Part shown: piece after piece, positions 12,824 to 24,798 of the stretch
Layout of the letters: the number at the start of each line of letters is the position of its first letter
Position numbering within the stretch: position 1 is the first letter of the stretch
Source: Zootoca vivipara
Lineage: Eukaryota
Direction of reading: 5' to 3'
Length of the DNA: 64,000 nucleotides
NCBI RefSeq assembly: GCF_963506605.1
Contig: NC_083288.1
Location: 41,788,001 to 41,852,000, forward strand
Translations under genes and position numbers: made by a program
The notes under the pieces: generated by a model
Databases searched by the model: none
What the model saw: the letters and a program-made list of their open reading frames with translations, nothing else
Told to the model about the DNA's origin: nothing

Positions 12824-13687
12824 CTGTATTGAGAGTTACGTATCACATTACAGTTCATTTGCTTCAGACCATAACATTGACTACTTTTCAGTTCAGTATC
12901 CCATTCAAAAATAGTTTGTAATCTCACATTTCACAGGTGTGTAAAAGAAGACTAGATCATGAAACAGTATGTGAATCAGTAGTATATGTGGTCACCCTAA
13001 ATATGCATGAACACACACACATACTGTATACACACAAGCAGATCACAGACCCTCTCCCCACATTTCCATTGACTTGATCAGGTTAGCATGTGTTCAAGCA
13101 AGAATCCCTATAAGCAGAAAAATTGCTCCCTCTGTATTCATCAAATGATTAATATCAGCAGTGAACGTGCCCCCCCCCCACTGCCACAACTACTTAGACT
13201 TTAGTGAAGGGGGGGGGGGCTAAAAAAAAGTAATTGAACTTGGTTTATGGGTAGCTGCTCTGTCCTAGGAAATACACTATATCTTTCAAGATGCATTATA
13301 CCTCCACTTTTCCTTACGAAATTAAATAAGAAATGCCAATTTAAAGAGCGTCTTAAAACTTAATGATCTGTTTACAATACCCCTATTTAAATCAGTTCCA
13401 GGAGTTCTGTCAAACCTCCCAAAGTGAAATGGAGAGAGAACACAAATATGATCTTGCCTAACACACTGTTTATTGCCATCTTGAGTTTACATAACTTCCA
13501 GAGGATGGGTTTAGATACCAGATTGCTGTCTGTATAAATGTAAGATCAAATGCAGTGCATGTAAAGAAATGAGGATCTAATGATTTGTCAGACCACTGGA
13601 ATTAAATCCAAGTGAAGTCCAACAGGTTATAAATTTCCTTAGGGTATAATTTGTTTGTTTGTTTGTTTTCTAAATTCAGGTACTTAC

Positions 13688-13908
13688 ATATGGTCATCTG
13701 AAAATTCCTGAGATGGGTGTTTTTGAAAGGATAGGGTCTCTGAAAATATGTAGATCTGAGAAATAATGCCAGCAATGATGAGGTCTCCTGACTGATAATA
13801 TTTGTGAAGAATAGGAACAGGTTCTCTGATGGAACATTGAGGAATATGAAGAAAATTGCACATTCCCTGAACCAACAGTAAGAGCACTAGCAACCGAAAC
13901 ACTAACAT
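13688..13908 (-). CDS. V2R-B exon 1 (signal peptide)
   Basis: MLVFRLLVLLLLVQG...HKYYQSGDLIIAGIISQ; 221 bp, phase-2 donor |gtaagt. Confidence 0.9.
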
Positions 13909-14149
13909 CTTGCAAGGGATTGGTCATTTAGGCACAAGTTCGCCTCTTCTGTTACTGCCATTCCCATGATCCTGATCAGCAAAGCCTAACTCGAATGGTC
14001 ACTCACACAGCTGATTCAAAGCCAGACTGATGAATGAGTCTCTGTATATCTATAGACCCAACCATGTATAGTTCATAGTTATTAATAAGACCCTCCAGTC
14101 TTAGTCTTAGTTTCATCATTTTGCATTTGGGCCGAAGAGATCCCTAAGG

Positions 14150-14227
14150 AAGAGGAGAAGATGTAATTCTGAATTAGCTGGTAATTACAGCTAAGGTAAT
14201 CACTTGCTTTGAATTACAGATGCTGTG
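14150..14227 (-). promoter_or_regulatory. Conserved TAATT-rich block upstream of V2R-B
   Basis: Minus strand cacag...tgtaattc...gtgatta...taatta...taatt...attacat.cttct aligns with 25323-25408, at a similar distance from the ATG. Confidence 0.55.
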
Positions 14228-14651
14228 CAATATTTTAAAGAAAACTTGTTTATCATATCTCAGTTAAAGCCTTTTCTTAAGTGGGAGAGATAGATGGTAG
14301 GCCCTTTCTTCTTTTCTTCTTTTTAGTGCACTATTGATATTTAGAAAAAATTAGAAAACTGAAGAAATTCAAAGCAATAAAAATTATGATTTACTGTCAT
14401 ATTATTCTTAGAGGGTGATGTCCAGTCCAATTCATACTGAGAGCACACCCATTAGTTGTGAATTATATTTCTGTGCATCTACTCTGATTATGAATAACAT
14501 TGGTGTTAAGAACTCCATATTTATATCACTCATGTTGCAACTTAAAACACACCATTGAGAATTGTAATGTGTCAATCATTAATTTTGATGCAATTGAAAT
14601 CAATAGGTTTTCATCACAGATCTGTGTGGGTTGACTTGATGAGGCACTTGA

Positions 14652-15549
14652 TTATTCTTTATTTCTCAGTATTAGTTGTCCCATGCTGTTCAGTTCTGGC
14701 CTCAACAAAATGACAAAGCATTTTGGGGAAAAGATGCAGCACAGCAAGCCACCACTAGAGGCCAAGATGGAGAAAATCTCCACAACCACCATGTGTTTCC
14801 TTTTTGTGCTCAAGTAAGTTGGGACAAAAGACAACCACACACTGCAAAAGACCAACATGCTGAAAGTGATAAACTTGGCTTCATTAAAACTATCAGGCAA
14901 CTTCCGAGCTAGGCGAGCCAAAGTTAAGCTGGCAATGGCCAGGAAAGTAATGAAGCTCAAAACAGAGCAAAACATGATATTTCATTGCATTCTATTACAA
15001 TTTCTTCAGTGATTGAGTGCATGTCAACATCTGGGAATGGGGGACAGGTTGCCAGCCACACAGTAATAAAAACAGTCTGAACAAGGAAGCTGGAAAGAAC
15101 AATAAAGGTTGCCAGTTGTTTCCCCACCCATCTCCTCATCCTAGAGCCTGGATTGATAGCCATGAAAGCTAGAACTACAATTGTGGTTTTGGCTAATACA
15201 CAGGAAACTGCCACTGAGAAGATTGCACCAAAAGTAGTTTGTCGTAGGAGACATGTCAGTGAATCTGGTTTGCCAATGAATAGCAAAGCACAAAGAAAGG
15301 AGAGGAGGAGAGAGGAGAGGAGAACATAGGTGAGGTTCTGATTATTATTTTTGACTATGGGAGTGTCCTGGTGCTTGAGGAATATTCCAAGAACCAAAGT
15401 TGTGATTAAAGAAAATAAAACTGCAAATGTGGTCAAGATGATCCCCAGAGGATCATTGTAAGTCAGGAAGATTATGTATTTTGGGAGGCATCCATCTTGG
15501 CCAATGTTTGGATAATGATCTTCTGAACATTGAAAACAATCATCCATGT
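14652..15549 (-). pseudogene. V2R-C exon 6 (7TM) with a frameshift
   Basis: Two overlapping ORFs (14957-15559 and 14652-14975) encode the two halves of the 7TM. Only 5 nt (atatc) lie between ECNE and MFC, against 12 nt in paralogues: a net 7-bp deletion near 14976-14980. Confidence 0.92.
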
Positions 15550-16798
15550 CTGAAATCAAATGTGAAAAATAGATATAATATGATATTTAAGTGTGGCATT
15601 CTGTTCCTGAATGAGGGTAGTGAACTTGAAATATCAAATGTTAATTTTTAGTAATTATTATAGGAAATTCTACTTCCTGCATAATCTGAGATCAATGGCA
15701 TCAAGGGCCTTCTTTCTCATGGGTTCCAAGCAAATCCAGAAATATAAACAAATCTCCACCATCCTGCTAGCAGCTGAAGGTGTTATATGTTGTGATTTGT
15801 GTGATTTGTGTGTTTGGGGCTGGGGCTTGCACAGTCTTTTTGTTTCAACTGATGCAACCCACTAGTATTCTTATCCTCTATGAATTTATCTGATATTCTG
15901 TTCAGGCAACCAAGTTACCTCATGTGAAGGATGTGGAAGACAGCCCTGGATCGTTCGACCCTTTTATTAGTTCTCTTTTACCTCCTATAAAAAAACTACA
16001 CAAGACACTCTGTGTTTGAAGTTTTAAGAACAAATAACTTTGTCTTAGTATTCTTGAAGTTGCAGATTATTATAGTGAATGCAGATAGGCGGTAGTTAAA
16101 TTGCTAATACGTTTTACATAGATTAAACATGCCACAGGCTGACAAACTCCTAGGCAGACAGCCACCACACAACAAACAGTTAAAAGTGTTCAACTTGTTG
16201 CAAGCCAAAAAAAATGGCTTATCTTCTGTGTTAGGCCAATAAAACTCACGAGACAAGAGGAGTTAGGAGTCCACTTAGTTTATTGCAAAGCAATAAGGCT
16301 ACAGTTGAATCATTTCGCAAAACTGCGAAACCTGTGTTTCGTGTGGATGTAACAATTTATGTTCAATTTATGAATTGCTTCTTTGACGTATTAGCTGACA
16401 TTCTATCCCAGTGGGAACGGCTTCTTGCTGAATCATCAGTTCCTTTAAAGCATCAGGTTACCATAACTCTTCTAATATAAGCATATGCCAAGATTCATAA
16501 GGATTTACGTTTTCACCTTATTTGTGGCCCTTTGGGCCCCTCCTACAAACTAACTGCCATAACTGCCACAGAGTGTGACATCCCAGAGTTCTTCAGTTCT
16601 TGCCATTAACCCTTTAAATATGCTTTGTGGGTGCTAATATTTCACAATTTTGAATGTTAGAGCAATTAGTTTAAGCATTTGAAACGCTGATAGGAGCAAG
16701 CTGGATTGTAGTGGATCTATTTATAAAATAGAAGGTATCAATCTATTAAATAGGTGGCAACTGTCAAATAGAACATGTCTACTTATGACATTCCTTAC

Positions 16799-16870
16799 CT
16801 CCTTCTTTTTTTTAGCTCTTTTATAACCTGAACTGCAGTGATCATTATACATATGGAAATGGGACATATT
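16799..16870 (-). pseudogene. V2R-C relic exon 5 with an internal deletion
   Basis: ttccttacct...tataacctgaactgcagtgatcatta...gaaatggg matches both ends of V2R-B exon 5, but about 60 bp (the CCYDC-CPEGK part) is missing. Confidence 0.75.
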
Positions 16871-17507
16871 GTATCTGTTAGTAAATGATAAAGTAGTTTG
16901 TTTGTTTTTAATCCAAAAATAGGTTTTGGAGTTTTATTTCATTTTTATTTCTCTGCAGTGAAGGAATTGGTTGATACTGCCATAAGGAAATATAATGAAT
17001 TCTTGAGTGTATTTATGTGGTGAACTTCCCTATAACTGGAGTCCTTCACCCACAATAAGAAAAGAAGAGACAAAATACACATTACGACAGTGTTGTTTAT
17101 ATTCAGTACAATTGTCTTCAGCATTTTAACAGCCACTTCAAAATCAGGAGTAAATGTGACTTTTTCAACATTGAGGAAATTATTCAATATATCCCAAAAT
17201 GAGGCAAGATGTTGGTTCTTCTACTCATAAGTTTCTTAACTATGTCAGGATTCCTGGGAGCTGACAGCTTCTTAATTCCCCAACACAGAAAATGACTTTT
17301 TCAGAGCATCAGGGGTTAAACCTATCCAGAGAGAATTCAATAGACAATATTTACGATTGGCTAACATTAATGACCATGTCTAGAAAAATATATATAACAC
17401 AACTGGTGAACATGTGTTTGCAAATATTCTACTGCACACAAAAAGAAAAGCACAAAATACAGCAAAGGGCAGGATATTATTTCTTTAATTTTTATTCCTT
17501 ATTAACT

Positions 17508-18357
17508 GTATCTGCAATTTGCCATAACTCCAGAGTGTGTGTAATTTGAAAGCCCTTTCCACCTAAACTTTCACACGTTGGGTGTGGTGTTGTGAAGAGG
17601 AATAATTATTGTACTTCGACTGGGACCCCAAACTAAGGCCTGGGGGCCAAATGCGGCCCAATCGCCTTCTAAATCCGGCCCATGAACCGGGAATCAACAT
17701 GTTTTTACATGAGTAGAATGTGTCCTTTTATTTAAAATGCATATCTCGGTTATTTGTGGGGCATAGGAATTCATTCATATTTTTTTATATAAAATATAGT
17801 CCAGCCCCCCACAAGGTCTGAGGGACAGTGGACCGCCGCCCCCTTGCTGAAAAAGTTTGCTGAACCCTGGACTTGGACATACTTGTGAATTTTTATCCTG
17901 TAAGCAATTTCCCCGCTTCCCCTGCAACTCAATTCAGATACCCTTCTCATTAAGCAGGAAATGCTTCATATCCAAAAATGGCTTCATCATAGAAGACCTT
18001 GTAACCAATGGAGATCCCAAAATGTAGTATGGTGGAATTTGGCTGAGCAGACCTGGATTCCCACCAGCCATGTGGCATGACTGCAACACTACGCATAGTA
18101 GTTACCTGGGGCTAAGCTTCCATTGTTTTTTAAATCACTTGTAAAATATGGTGAATTTTACAACAACATATTTAGTAGTTTGAAATGCAACCTTTAGCTT
18201 TTAATTCAAAATTTAAAATATTTGTACAGAAGGGTTCCTTTTTAAACATTAGTATGGGATGGGACATCAAATTCAGACAAGAATGAAAAGTGGTTATGGT
18301 TCATGCCCTAATAGCTGTCTGTGTTCCTTGTTGATATCAGAGTACTTTGTCAGGGGA
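17508..18357 (-). repeat. Paralogous copy of V2R-A non-coding sequence (intron 2 segment fused to upstream segment)
   Basis: 17508-17983 (minus the MITE) matches about 1550-1767; about 17987-18357 matches about 4091-4480. Confidence 0.88.
17620..17869. mobile_element. ~250-bp hAT MITE (same family as 32838 and 48425)
   Basis: Ends ctgggaccccaaact...gtttgctgaaccctg; degenerate TSD tacttcga/gacttgga; the empty site is at about 1654-1661. Confidence 0.85.
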
Positions 18358-19394
18358 GGAGTTAATTGTAAAACCAAAGGACAAAGATATTTCCCAAGCT
18401 ATTAAACTCCTGCAAGCACAAATTTTCATGTTAATTAATCAAGAAATCAAGCAGAAAATTAAATTAATGAAATTTTTTGAATTTGCTAATAAAGCTGGTA
18501 AACTGCTAGTATGGCAGCTTTAAAAGGAAAGAAAGAATAAGACAATAAACAATATTGTAGATGAGGATAAGAATTTGACTAGCCCAAAAGAAATAAGGAA
18601 AGCGATTGAATTTTTTTTATACTTCACTATATCACTGTGAGAAAGAGGACTTTGATAAAATGGAATCTTATTTGAGTGACTATAACATACCCCAAGTATC
18701 TAAGGAAAATCGACAAAGCATGAATGCACCGATATCAATATTGGAATTGCAAATGGCTATAAACAGAATGAAGATGGGAAAAGCACCAGAGCCAGATGGA
18801 CTTACTGCAATCTATTATAAAAAGTTCCAGGATGCACTTACAGAACCACTTATGGACACCATGAGTAGAATTTGGGTGATTGGAGTAATCCCAGCATCAT
18901 GGAAGAATGCATTTATTACACTGATCCTCAAAGAAGATAGTGACTTAACAAAGACTAAATATTACAGACCTATTTCATTACTGAACAGTGTTTCTAAACC
19001 ATTTGCTATAATTTTAGCTAGTAGATTGAAAAGGACATTGACTGAGTCAGTCCACAGAAATCAAGCCTGGTTTTTACCAGGCCAAAAAATGAAGGACAAT
19101 ATAAGAAACATAATTAATCTGATAGAGTATTTCTACGTAAGAAATGAACAACAGGCTGCACTAAAAAATTTTTAGATGTGGAAAAAGCCTTTGATAATAC
19201 TACATGGTCAATCATGATTAAGGTATTAGAGAAAATGGAAATAATTCTTTCCTAGCAGGAATTAAAGCAATGTATACTGACAAATGTCAAATAGAAAAGG
19301 AACGAGACAAGGCTATCTCTTATCTCCATTGTTATTTATCATGACATTAGAAATATTACTTCAGAATATAAGGAGAAATAGGGAAATTAAAGGT
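18358..19394 (+). mobile_element. L1-clade LINE ORF2 (reverse transcriptase) fragment, degenerate
   Basis: GKAPEPDGL, AFITLILK, YRPISLLN, HRNQAWFLPG..DNIR, followed by frameshifted DxEKAFD and GTRQGxxLSPLLF motifs. Confidence 0.9.
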
Positions 19395-19592
19395 ATTATG
19401 GTGGGATGTAGAGTGCAACGAGACTGAGTGTTTGGGTGGGTGGGGAGGCTCGTTCAATTTCATTGTACACAGGTTGTACAATGACAATAAATGTATTATT
19501 ATTATTATTCAAGATATGTAAAATGAACCATGAAAAGAGAAGAAGGGAAGTCATTGGAAGTTTGTAAAATGTTAATTTGAAATTGTAAAACA

Positions 19593-19594
<2 letters not shown>

Positions 19595-19658
<64 letters not shown>
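19595..19658. repeat. (AT)n microsatellite
   Basis: Direct reading. Confidence 0.95.
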
Positions 19659-19661
<3 letters not shown>

Positions 19662-19771
19662 ATAGGAAACCAAACCTAGTAGATTTGTTCATTCTTATAT
19701 GTAGATGTTTCAAAGGGGATGTTTCAAAGGGGAGGAGGAAAAGAATAGATAAACACTAGCCTTCCTACCAT

Positions 19772-20104
19772 GGACCCAGGTGGCGCTGTGGGTTAAACCA
19801 CAGAGTCTAGGGCTTGCTTATCAGAAGGTCGGCAGTTCGAATCCCTACAACGGGTGAGCTTCCATTGCTCGGTCCTAGCTCCTGCGCACCTAGCAGTTCG
19901 AAAGCACATCAAAGTGCAAGTAGATAAATACGTTTGCGTGTGCTGCTCTGGTTTGCCAGAAGCAGCTTTGCCATGCTGGCCACATGACCCAGAAGCTGTC
20001 TGCGGACAAATGCCGGCTCCCTCGGCCTCTAGAGCGAGATTAGCGCCGCAACCCCAGAGTCGGACACGACTGGACCTGATAGTCAGGGGCCCCTTTACCC
20101 TTAC
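19772..20104 (+). mobile_element. Sauria SINE with a small internal deletion
   Basis: Perfect 15-bp TSD ctagccttcctacca. Confidence 0.92.
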
Positions 20105-20463
20105 CTAGCCTTCCTACCACTGTGTTGTCCCTCCTTTAAAAACCATTGCTTATTTTTATCTACCACCAGCAGCCCAAAAAGGAAAGATGGTGAACCAAGG
20201 GTCTGTATCCACATGAGACTCCAGGAAGGCAGACTCTTTCCCTCAGTCCCTTGTGACAGGCAACATGCCGACAATTTCTTCCTACAGGACATGATTGGGA
20301 TCAGAATGCCCCTTCTGTCTCAATTCCGTAACACACTGTATCCATTTGGTTGTTCCAACACATCCATGCTTAGGAAGCAGAACCCAGGAAAACAGCAATT
20401 ATGTGCAGAGGTTCCCCAGTGCTTCAGTATGCCAGAGGGAGGCAATAAGTGTTTCAGCGGATA

Positions 20464-20711
20464 CTAATGACATTGTTATTGAGGTACTCATTCCCATGAA
20501 CAGAAATAGATATGTGTCAGATGTATCAAAGCTATGATATGTGAACAGGAACACTTTTTATTCTTTCCATGTTGCACTGTAAGACACATAGGACAGCGCC
20601 CGCACACACACAACATGCCCGCACACACACAACATTTATGAGATGCCTTCAGGGTGATGGTTTAATGTGTTGAATGCTATGGAGGCAAAGAATCAGTCAA
20701 AGGAGACTGAG
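20464..20711 (+). promoter_or_regulatory. Candidate OR-1 promoter motif and 5' non-coding exon
   Basis: ctaatgacattgttattgaggtactcattcccatg (TAATGA plus paired O/E-like half sites) is homologous to blocks upstream of the other ORs; donor actgag|gtaaaa at 20711. Confidence 0.55.
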
Positions 20712-22220
20712 GTAAAAATGAATGAGAGACGGGTCTGAATGGGTGCAGTGCCAAAATAAAGTGAAGGTAAGAATCTGATTTGCTATAATAAACTTCTTTA
20801 CTCGCTGCTCCAGGGATCTTCCACTGATACCAGCTCACAGTTGTGTCATATTTTATGAATTTGCTGCTTCTTCATTCTGGTTTAGAAAGCTTTGTAGTTG
20901 TTTTCGTATCATATGATGGAGAAACAGGAATGTCTCTTGGCTCATCCATACTGTTGTTTAATATGGATAGCAAGAGCGTCCGTTAATTCTCCATTGTCCA
21001 TATGATGTCCTCGTCTACAAACTTCATCTACAAACTGCCTTCCCAAATATTCCCCCCCCTCCCTTAATCCAGATTTTCTCATACCTTCATGTGTTTGGAG
21101 TATTCTGGTATGAGAAAATCTTGTTTGAGGGAGGGGAAGAGTGTGAGAAAGCAGCAATTTGGGAGCGGGGAACATATGGACTATGGAGAAGTACAGGAAG
21201 AGTACTATTCACATTAAATGACTGTATGGGCTCTTCACATGGTAAAGCTTGTGGGGAGAAAGTGTTGCAGCAGTTGGGGCAGAAAGGGGTTTAGAGGCAA
21301 GTGGAGGGGCAGGAGAGAGGGAGGCAATTTTGTGATTTCTACAAAAGCCACCAGGTGAAATCACTGAAGGTTTGCTTTTTTGCAGAGGAGGAATCTGAAA
21401 GAAAACAAAACAATGAGTGTATGGTGGTTACCACTCATTTTCTCTTCCAACTGCACCCAATCCAATAGGCTGGAGTCTTAGAAAGGTCTACTCAGAAGGA
21501 AGCCCTATCTAGGACTCATGTACATTTCTGCTTGGTCTACCATTTCCCCCTAGGAAAACCAGCACTGAATGGGATCAAATGTAAATCAGGATTTCTATGG
21601 ATTGATGTTTGTTCTGGTGTAGTGCTAAAGAGTGGGTTTTCCAGGGGAAAGCATCTGGGCAAAGGCAAAACTGCTAGGACTCATGCCTAAAAAGCATGAG
21701 ACAAGCACAAAACCACTCAGACCTGTGCTTTATAGGCACAGGACAAGCAGAAGTAGGTCTCACTAAGAGCATTGCAGCCCAAAAAAGTAAGCACCACTTA
21801 ATGCAGAGGAACATGCATAGATGGACTCTTAAGCACACTTAGAAAAGGTCGAGACCACACTTTTAAAACACATCCAATGCATATTTAAAGCACATGACTC
21901 TATTGTGTAATAAAGAATCCAGAAAGGGGATGTTTCAGAAGAGTAATAATATATGGGTTGGATCCAGAGTTATGTTTAGAGTATAAGCAGTGAATTGAAG
22001 ATGTTTCCTATGAACATAACTCTGCATGCATAAATCTCTAAACCTGACTTACGGTAAGTCTGAATCCAACACTAGGATCCAAAGCACACATTTGGGAAGG
22101 AAAATGAATTATTCCGTTAACACCGCTCCCTCAAAGGGCAAACCTGCTTAGCCTATACTCAAACAGGCAAATGATACCTGCTCTTGAAATGCAAAAGGTG
22201 TTTTTGTTCTGTAATTCCAG

Positions 22221-23180
22221 ATGGAGTTGGCCAATGGGACCAATGTCACAGAATTCATTTTGCTGGGATTTGGAGGAGGGCAAAAGAAACATTTGTCGTT
22301 GCTCCTTTTTTTGACTGTTCTTTATGTGGTCACCTTGGCTGAGAACATAATCATTATCACACTGGTGGTTCTAGACACCCACTTGTCACGAATTCCCATG
22401 TATTTCCTTCTGAGCAACTTCTCCTGGCTGGAGATGTGCTACGTATCCACCACTGTACCCCGCATGCTCTTTGATCTGGTGAACAGTCATGGGGAAATTT
22501 CCTTCCAGGCTTGCTTCCTCCAGTTCTACATCTTTTTCTCTCTCGGCGGAACTGAAGGTTTCTTTCTCTCAACTATGGCTTTCGATCGGTACTTGGCAAT
22601 ATGCCACCCATTACGCTACCCACAAATTATGTCCCAAAATGCCTGCTATGCCCTTGTGGCTGCTTGTTGGATTGTTGGCTTTCTGTGGTTTATTATACCA
22701 GTGAGTTTGATCTCCAAGTTGTCCTTCTGTGGACCAAATGTCATTGACCATTTGTTGTGTGATCCTGGGCCACTTCTGTCTCTGGCCTGCCCGCCACTAG
22801 GGAATGTTCCTTTCATCCATCAGATTTTTGTGAAAACGGTGGTTTTCATCAACTTATCCTGCATCATGCTGTCCTATAGCATTGTGATTTTCACTCTGAT
22901 AAAAACTGCTAACGAAGGCAGTTGTAGGAAGGCTTTCTCCACAGTATCATTTCACCTAGTGGTGGTGACTATTTTCTATGGTTCTGTGGCAGGGGTATAC
23001 TTAGCGGATCTAGGTGAAGAAAGCCACTCAGAAGTCACAAAGGCAGCCGCACTCTTCTACACTGCCATCACACCTTTCCTTAATCCCCTGGTCTACTGTC
23101 TGAGGAATGATCAGATGAAAGAGGCAGCAAGGAAGTTGTTCAGGAGAATGAAGAAATGGTGGCGAACTGGAGAACACTGA
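22221..23180 (+). CDS. Olfactory receptor OR-1 (class II, OR6/OR11-like), 319 aa, intact
   Basis: NGT glycosylation site, EFILLGF, PMYFLLSNFS, MAFDRYLAICHPLRY, KAFST..HL, PFLNPLVYCLRN; splice acceptor ttccag immediately before the ATG. Confidence 0.96.
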   Translation: MELANGTNVTEFILLGFGGGQKKHLSLLLFLTVLYVVTLAENIIIITLVVLDTHLSRIPMYFLLSNFSWLEMCYVSTTVPRMLFDLVNSHGEISFQACFLQFYIFFSLGGTEGFFLSTMAFDRYLAICHPLRYPQIMSQNACYALVAACWIVGFLWFIIPVSLISKLSFCGPNVIDHLLCDPGPLLSLACPPLGNVPFIHQIFVKTVVFINLSCIMLSYSIVIFTLIKTANEGSCRKAFSTVSFHLVVVTIFYGSVAGVYLADLGEESHSEVTKAAALFYTAITPFLNPLVYCLRNDQMKEAARKLFRRMKKWWRTGEH

Positions 23181-23257
23181 TGGTGTGAAGATGTTGGGAG
23201 AAGAAAATGAAGCGGAAGACCCAACCAGTCATCCAAAGAGATAAAACTCATATTCTA

Positions 23258-24660
23258 TTTTTTGCTTTTCAAAAATTGTATTGATGAGTTAATTAAAAAG
23301 TGCAACATAGCGAAAAGAAAGAAAACAAACAATCCAAAGGACAAAAGTACAAAGATACGGCACTGATGCAAGGGGATGATAAAGAATTAATTTATACGGA
23401 TATTTCCTTTCCAAATAATAAAAAATTAGAAAAATAAAAGTTTTCTAAACTGTGAATTCTATTATTTTTAAGACTAAAGGTTCTATATAGCCTTAAATGA
23501 ACCAGACATTTACATATACCAATGGCACTGAGTGACCATGTGCCTCAGTATTTGTATTAAAATATAATCAGGGGCATTGCAATGGGGGCAGGGGGCAGGC
23601 TGCCCCGCACTCCACTCTTCGGGAGGCAGCGTGCCATGGCCTCTTCGTACCCAGCGACAGCAGCCGCCACGGCTGCCATCGCAGAGAGGCCGCCCTGATG
23701 CTGCTGGCTGCCATCCGCCACTCAACAGAGTGACCGGCATGGCGGGTCGGGTCGGGTCTGTGCACGGAAGCTCCAACATGGGAGCCTGTTTCCTTGGGAG
23801 TCACAGGTGGGGCCACCCTGTGACTCAGCATCGCACAACGTCTACGCAGACGTTGTACTGTGCTGACATCGTGTGACGCTGCTGCGTCGCGGGGTGGTCC
23901 CTCCCCACGACTCCCAAGCCTCGCTCGGCAAGGCGGAGGCCAGTAAAAAGAATTGTTCGCCACCAGGGTCAGCTGGAAGCCAGCTGCCGGCACGACAAAC
24001 AAGTCTTTTTACCGGGCGACGTCGCCCCGAGCGAGGCTTGGGAGTCGGGGGGGGGCACCCCACAACGCAGCATTGTACAATGTCAGCGCCACACAACATC
24101 TACACATGTACGCAGCGTTGCACAATGTTTGCGCATGCTTCGTACGTCACGGCGCATGCGTGCAATGTCACGACACCCTGTGCTCTGGTTTTGCCGCCCC
24201 AGGTGCTGCTCTAGTGCACATGCATGGGGTGCACATGCATGGGATGCCGTGCATGGGCAGTCCACATGGGGCGCCACACAGGCACCGCCCCTGCTACCAG
24301 CTGGGGTAGGAACTCCACTGAATATAATCATGCCCCCCCCCAGAGACATTAAGTCAGACTCTGCCTTTTTAGTTCAAGAAGGGCAACTTGACAAACCCTT
24401 GAATACCAACTATCCAAATGATTAAGATTAAAGGTCTTCCAGGATTTGGCAATAGAGCCCCGGACTGCTGTTAAGGGATGATAAGTGTGTTCTTTATTTT
24501 TTAAATCTCATTCTGTTACCATATACAGATACAAAAGTGCTTGGTGGAATTATTGGGTAATTGTTTGGTTGTCAAAGTGCTTTCAGTGAATACCTTATTC
24601 CAAAATTCAGCCCCCTTTGAGCAGTCCCACCACATGCACATACTTATATGTACCAACTAT
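23258..24660 (-). mobile_element. L1-clade 3' fragment, split by a hAT insertion
   Basis: Minus-strand MWWDC zinc-knuckle remnant at about 24621-24638; T-rich end near 23258. Confidence 0.55.
23569..24320. mobile_element. 752-bp GC/CpG-rich non-autonomous hAT-like transposon
   Basis: Perfect 8-bp TSD aatataat (23561-23568 and 24321-24328); ends cagggg...ccactg; internal inverted repeat. Confidence 0.85.
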
Positions 24661-24680
24661 GAGGAAGAGCCCCCCCCCCA

Positions 24681-24798
24681 CCCCAAAAATGTCCCTATTT
24701 GCCTGCTATGACTTGGTGGCTGCTTGTTGGAATGTTGGATTTTGTTGATTTCTTATCCCAGTGTCTTTGATATCCAAGTTGTCCTTCTGTGGACCCAA
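24681..24798 (+). pseudogene. Short OR fragment (ICL2-TM4-ECL2 region)
   Basis: atgtccc...gcctgctatg.cttggtggctgcttgttgg...atccaagttgtccttctgtggacccaat is near-identical to 22629-22739 and contains an in-frame TGA. Confidence 0.8.

Larger units (their letters stand above)
4558..13908 (-). other. V2R-B gene span: complete six-exon vomeronasal type-2 receptor, 876 aa, apparently intact
   Basis: Exons 13688-13908, 12532-12823, 10265-11125, 8153-8380, 6429-6555 and 4558-5459 sum to 2631 nt = 877 codons including TAA; all junctions are GT/AG and in phase. Confidence 0.93.

Noticed and set aside
15923-16646. Possible solo LTR (tgtgaa...ttcaca)
   Set aside because: No matching TSD, primer-binding site or internal domain; cannot be supported without a library search.
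23510-24425. Dense overlapping ORFs on both strands
   Set aside because: A by-product of high GC content in a non-autonomous transposon; no recognisable protein. The same applies to 34515-34888 and 53490-54588.
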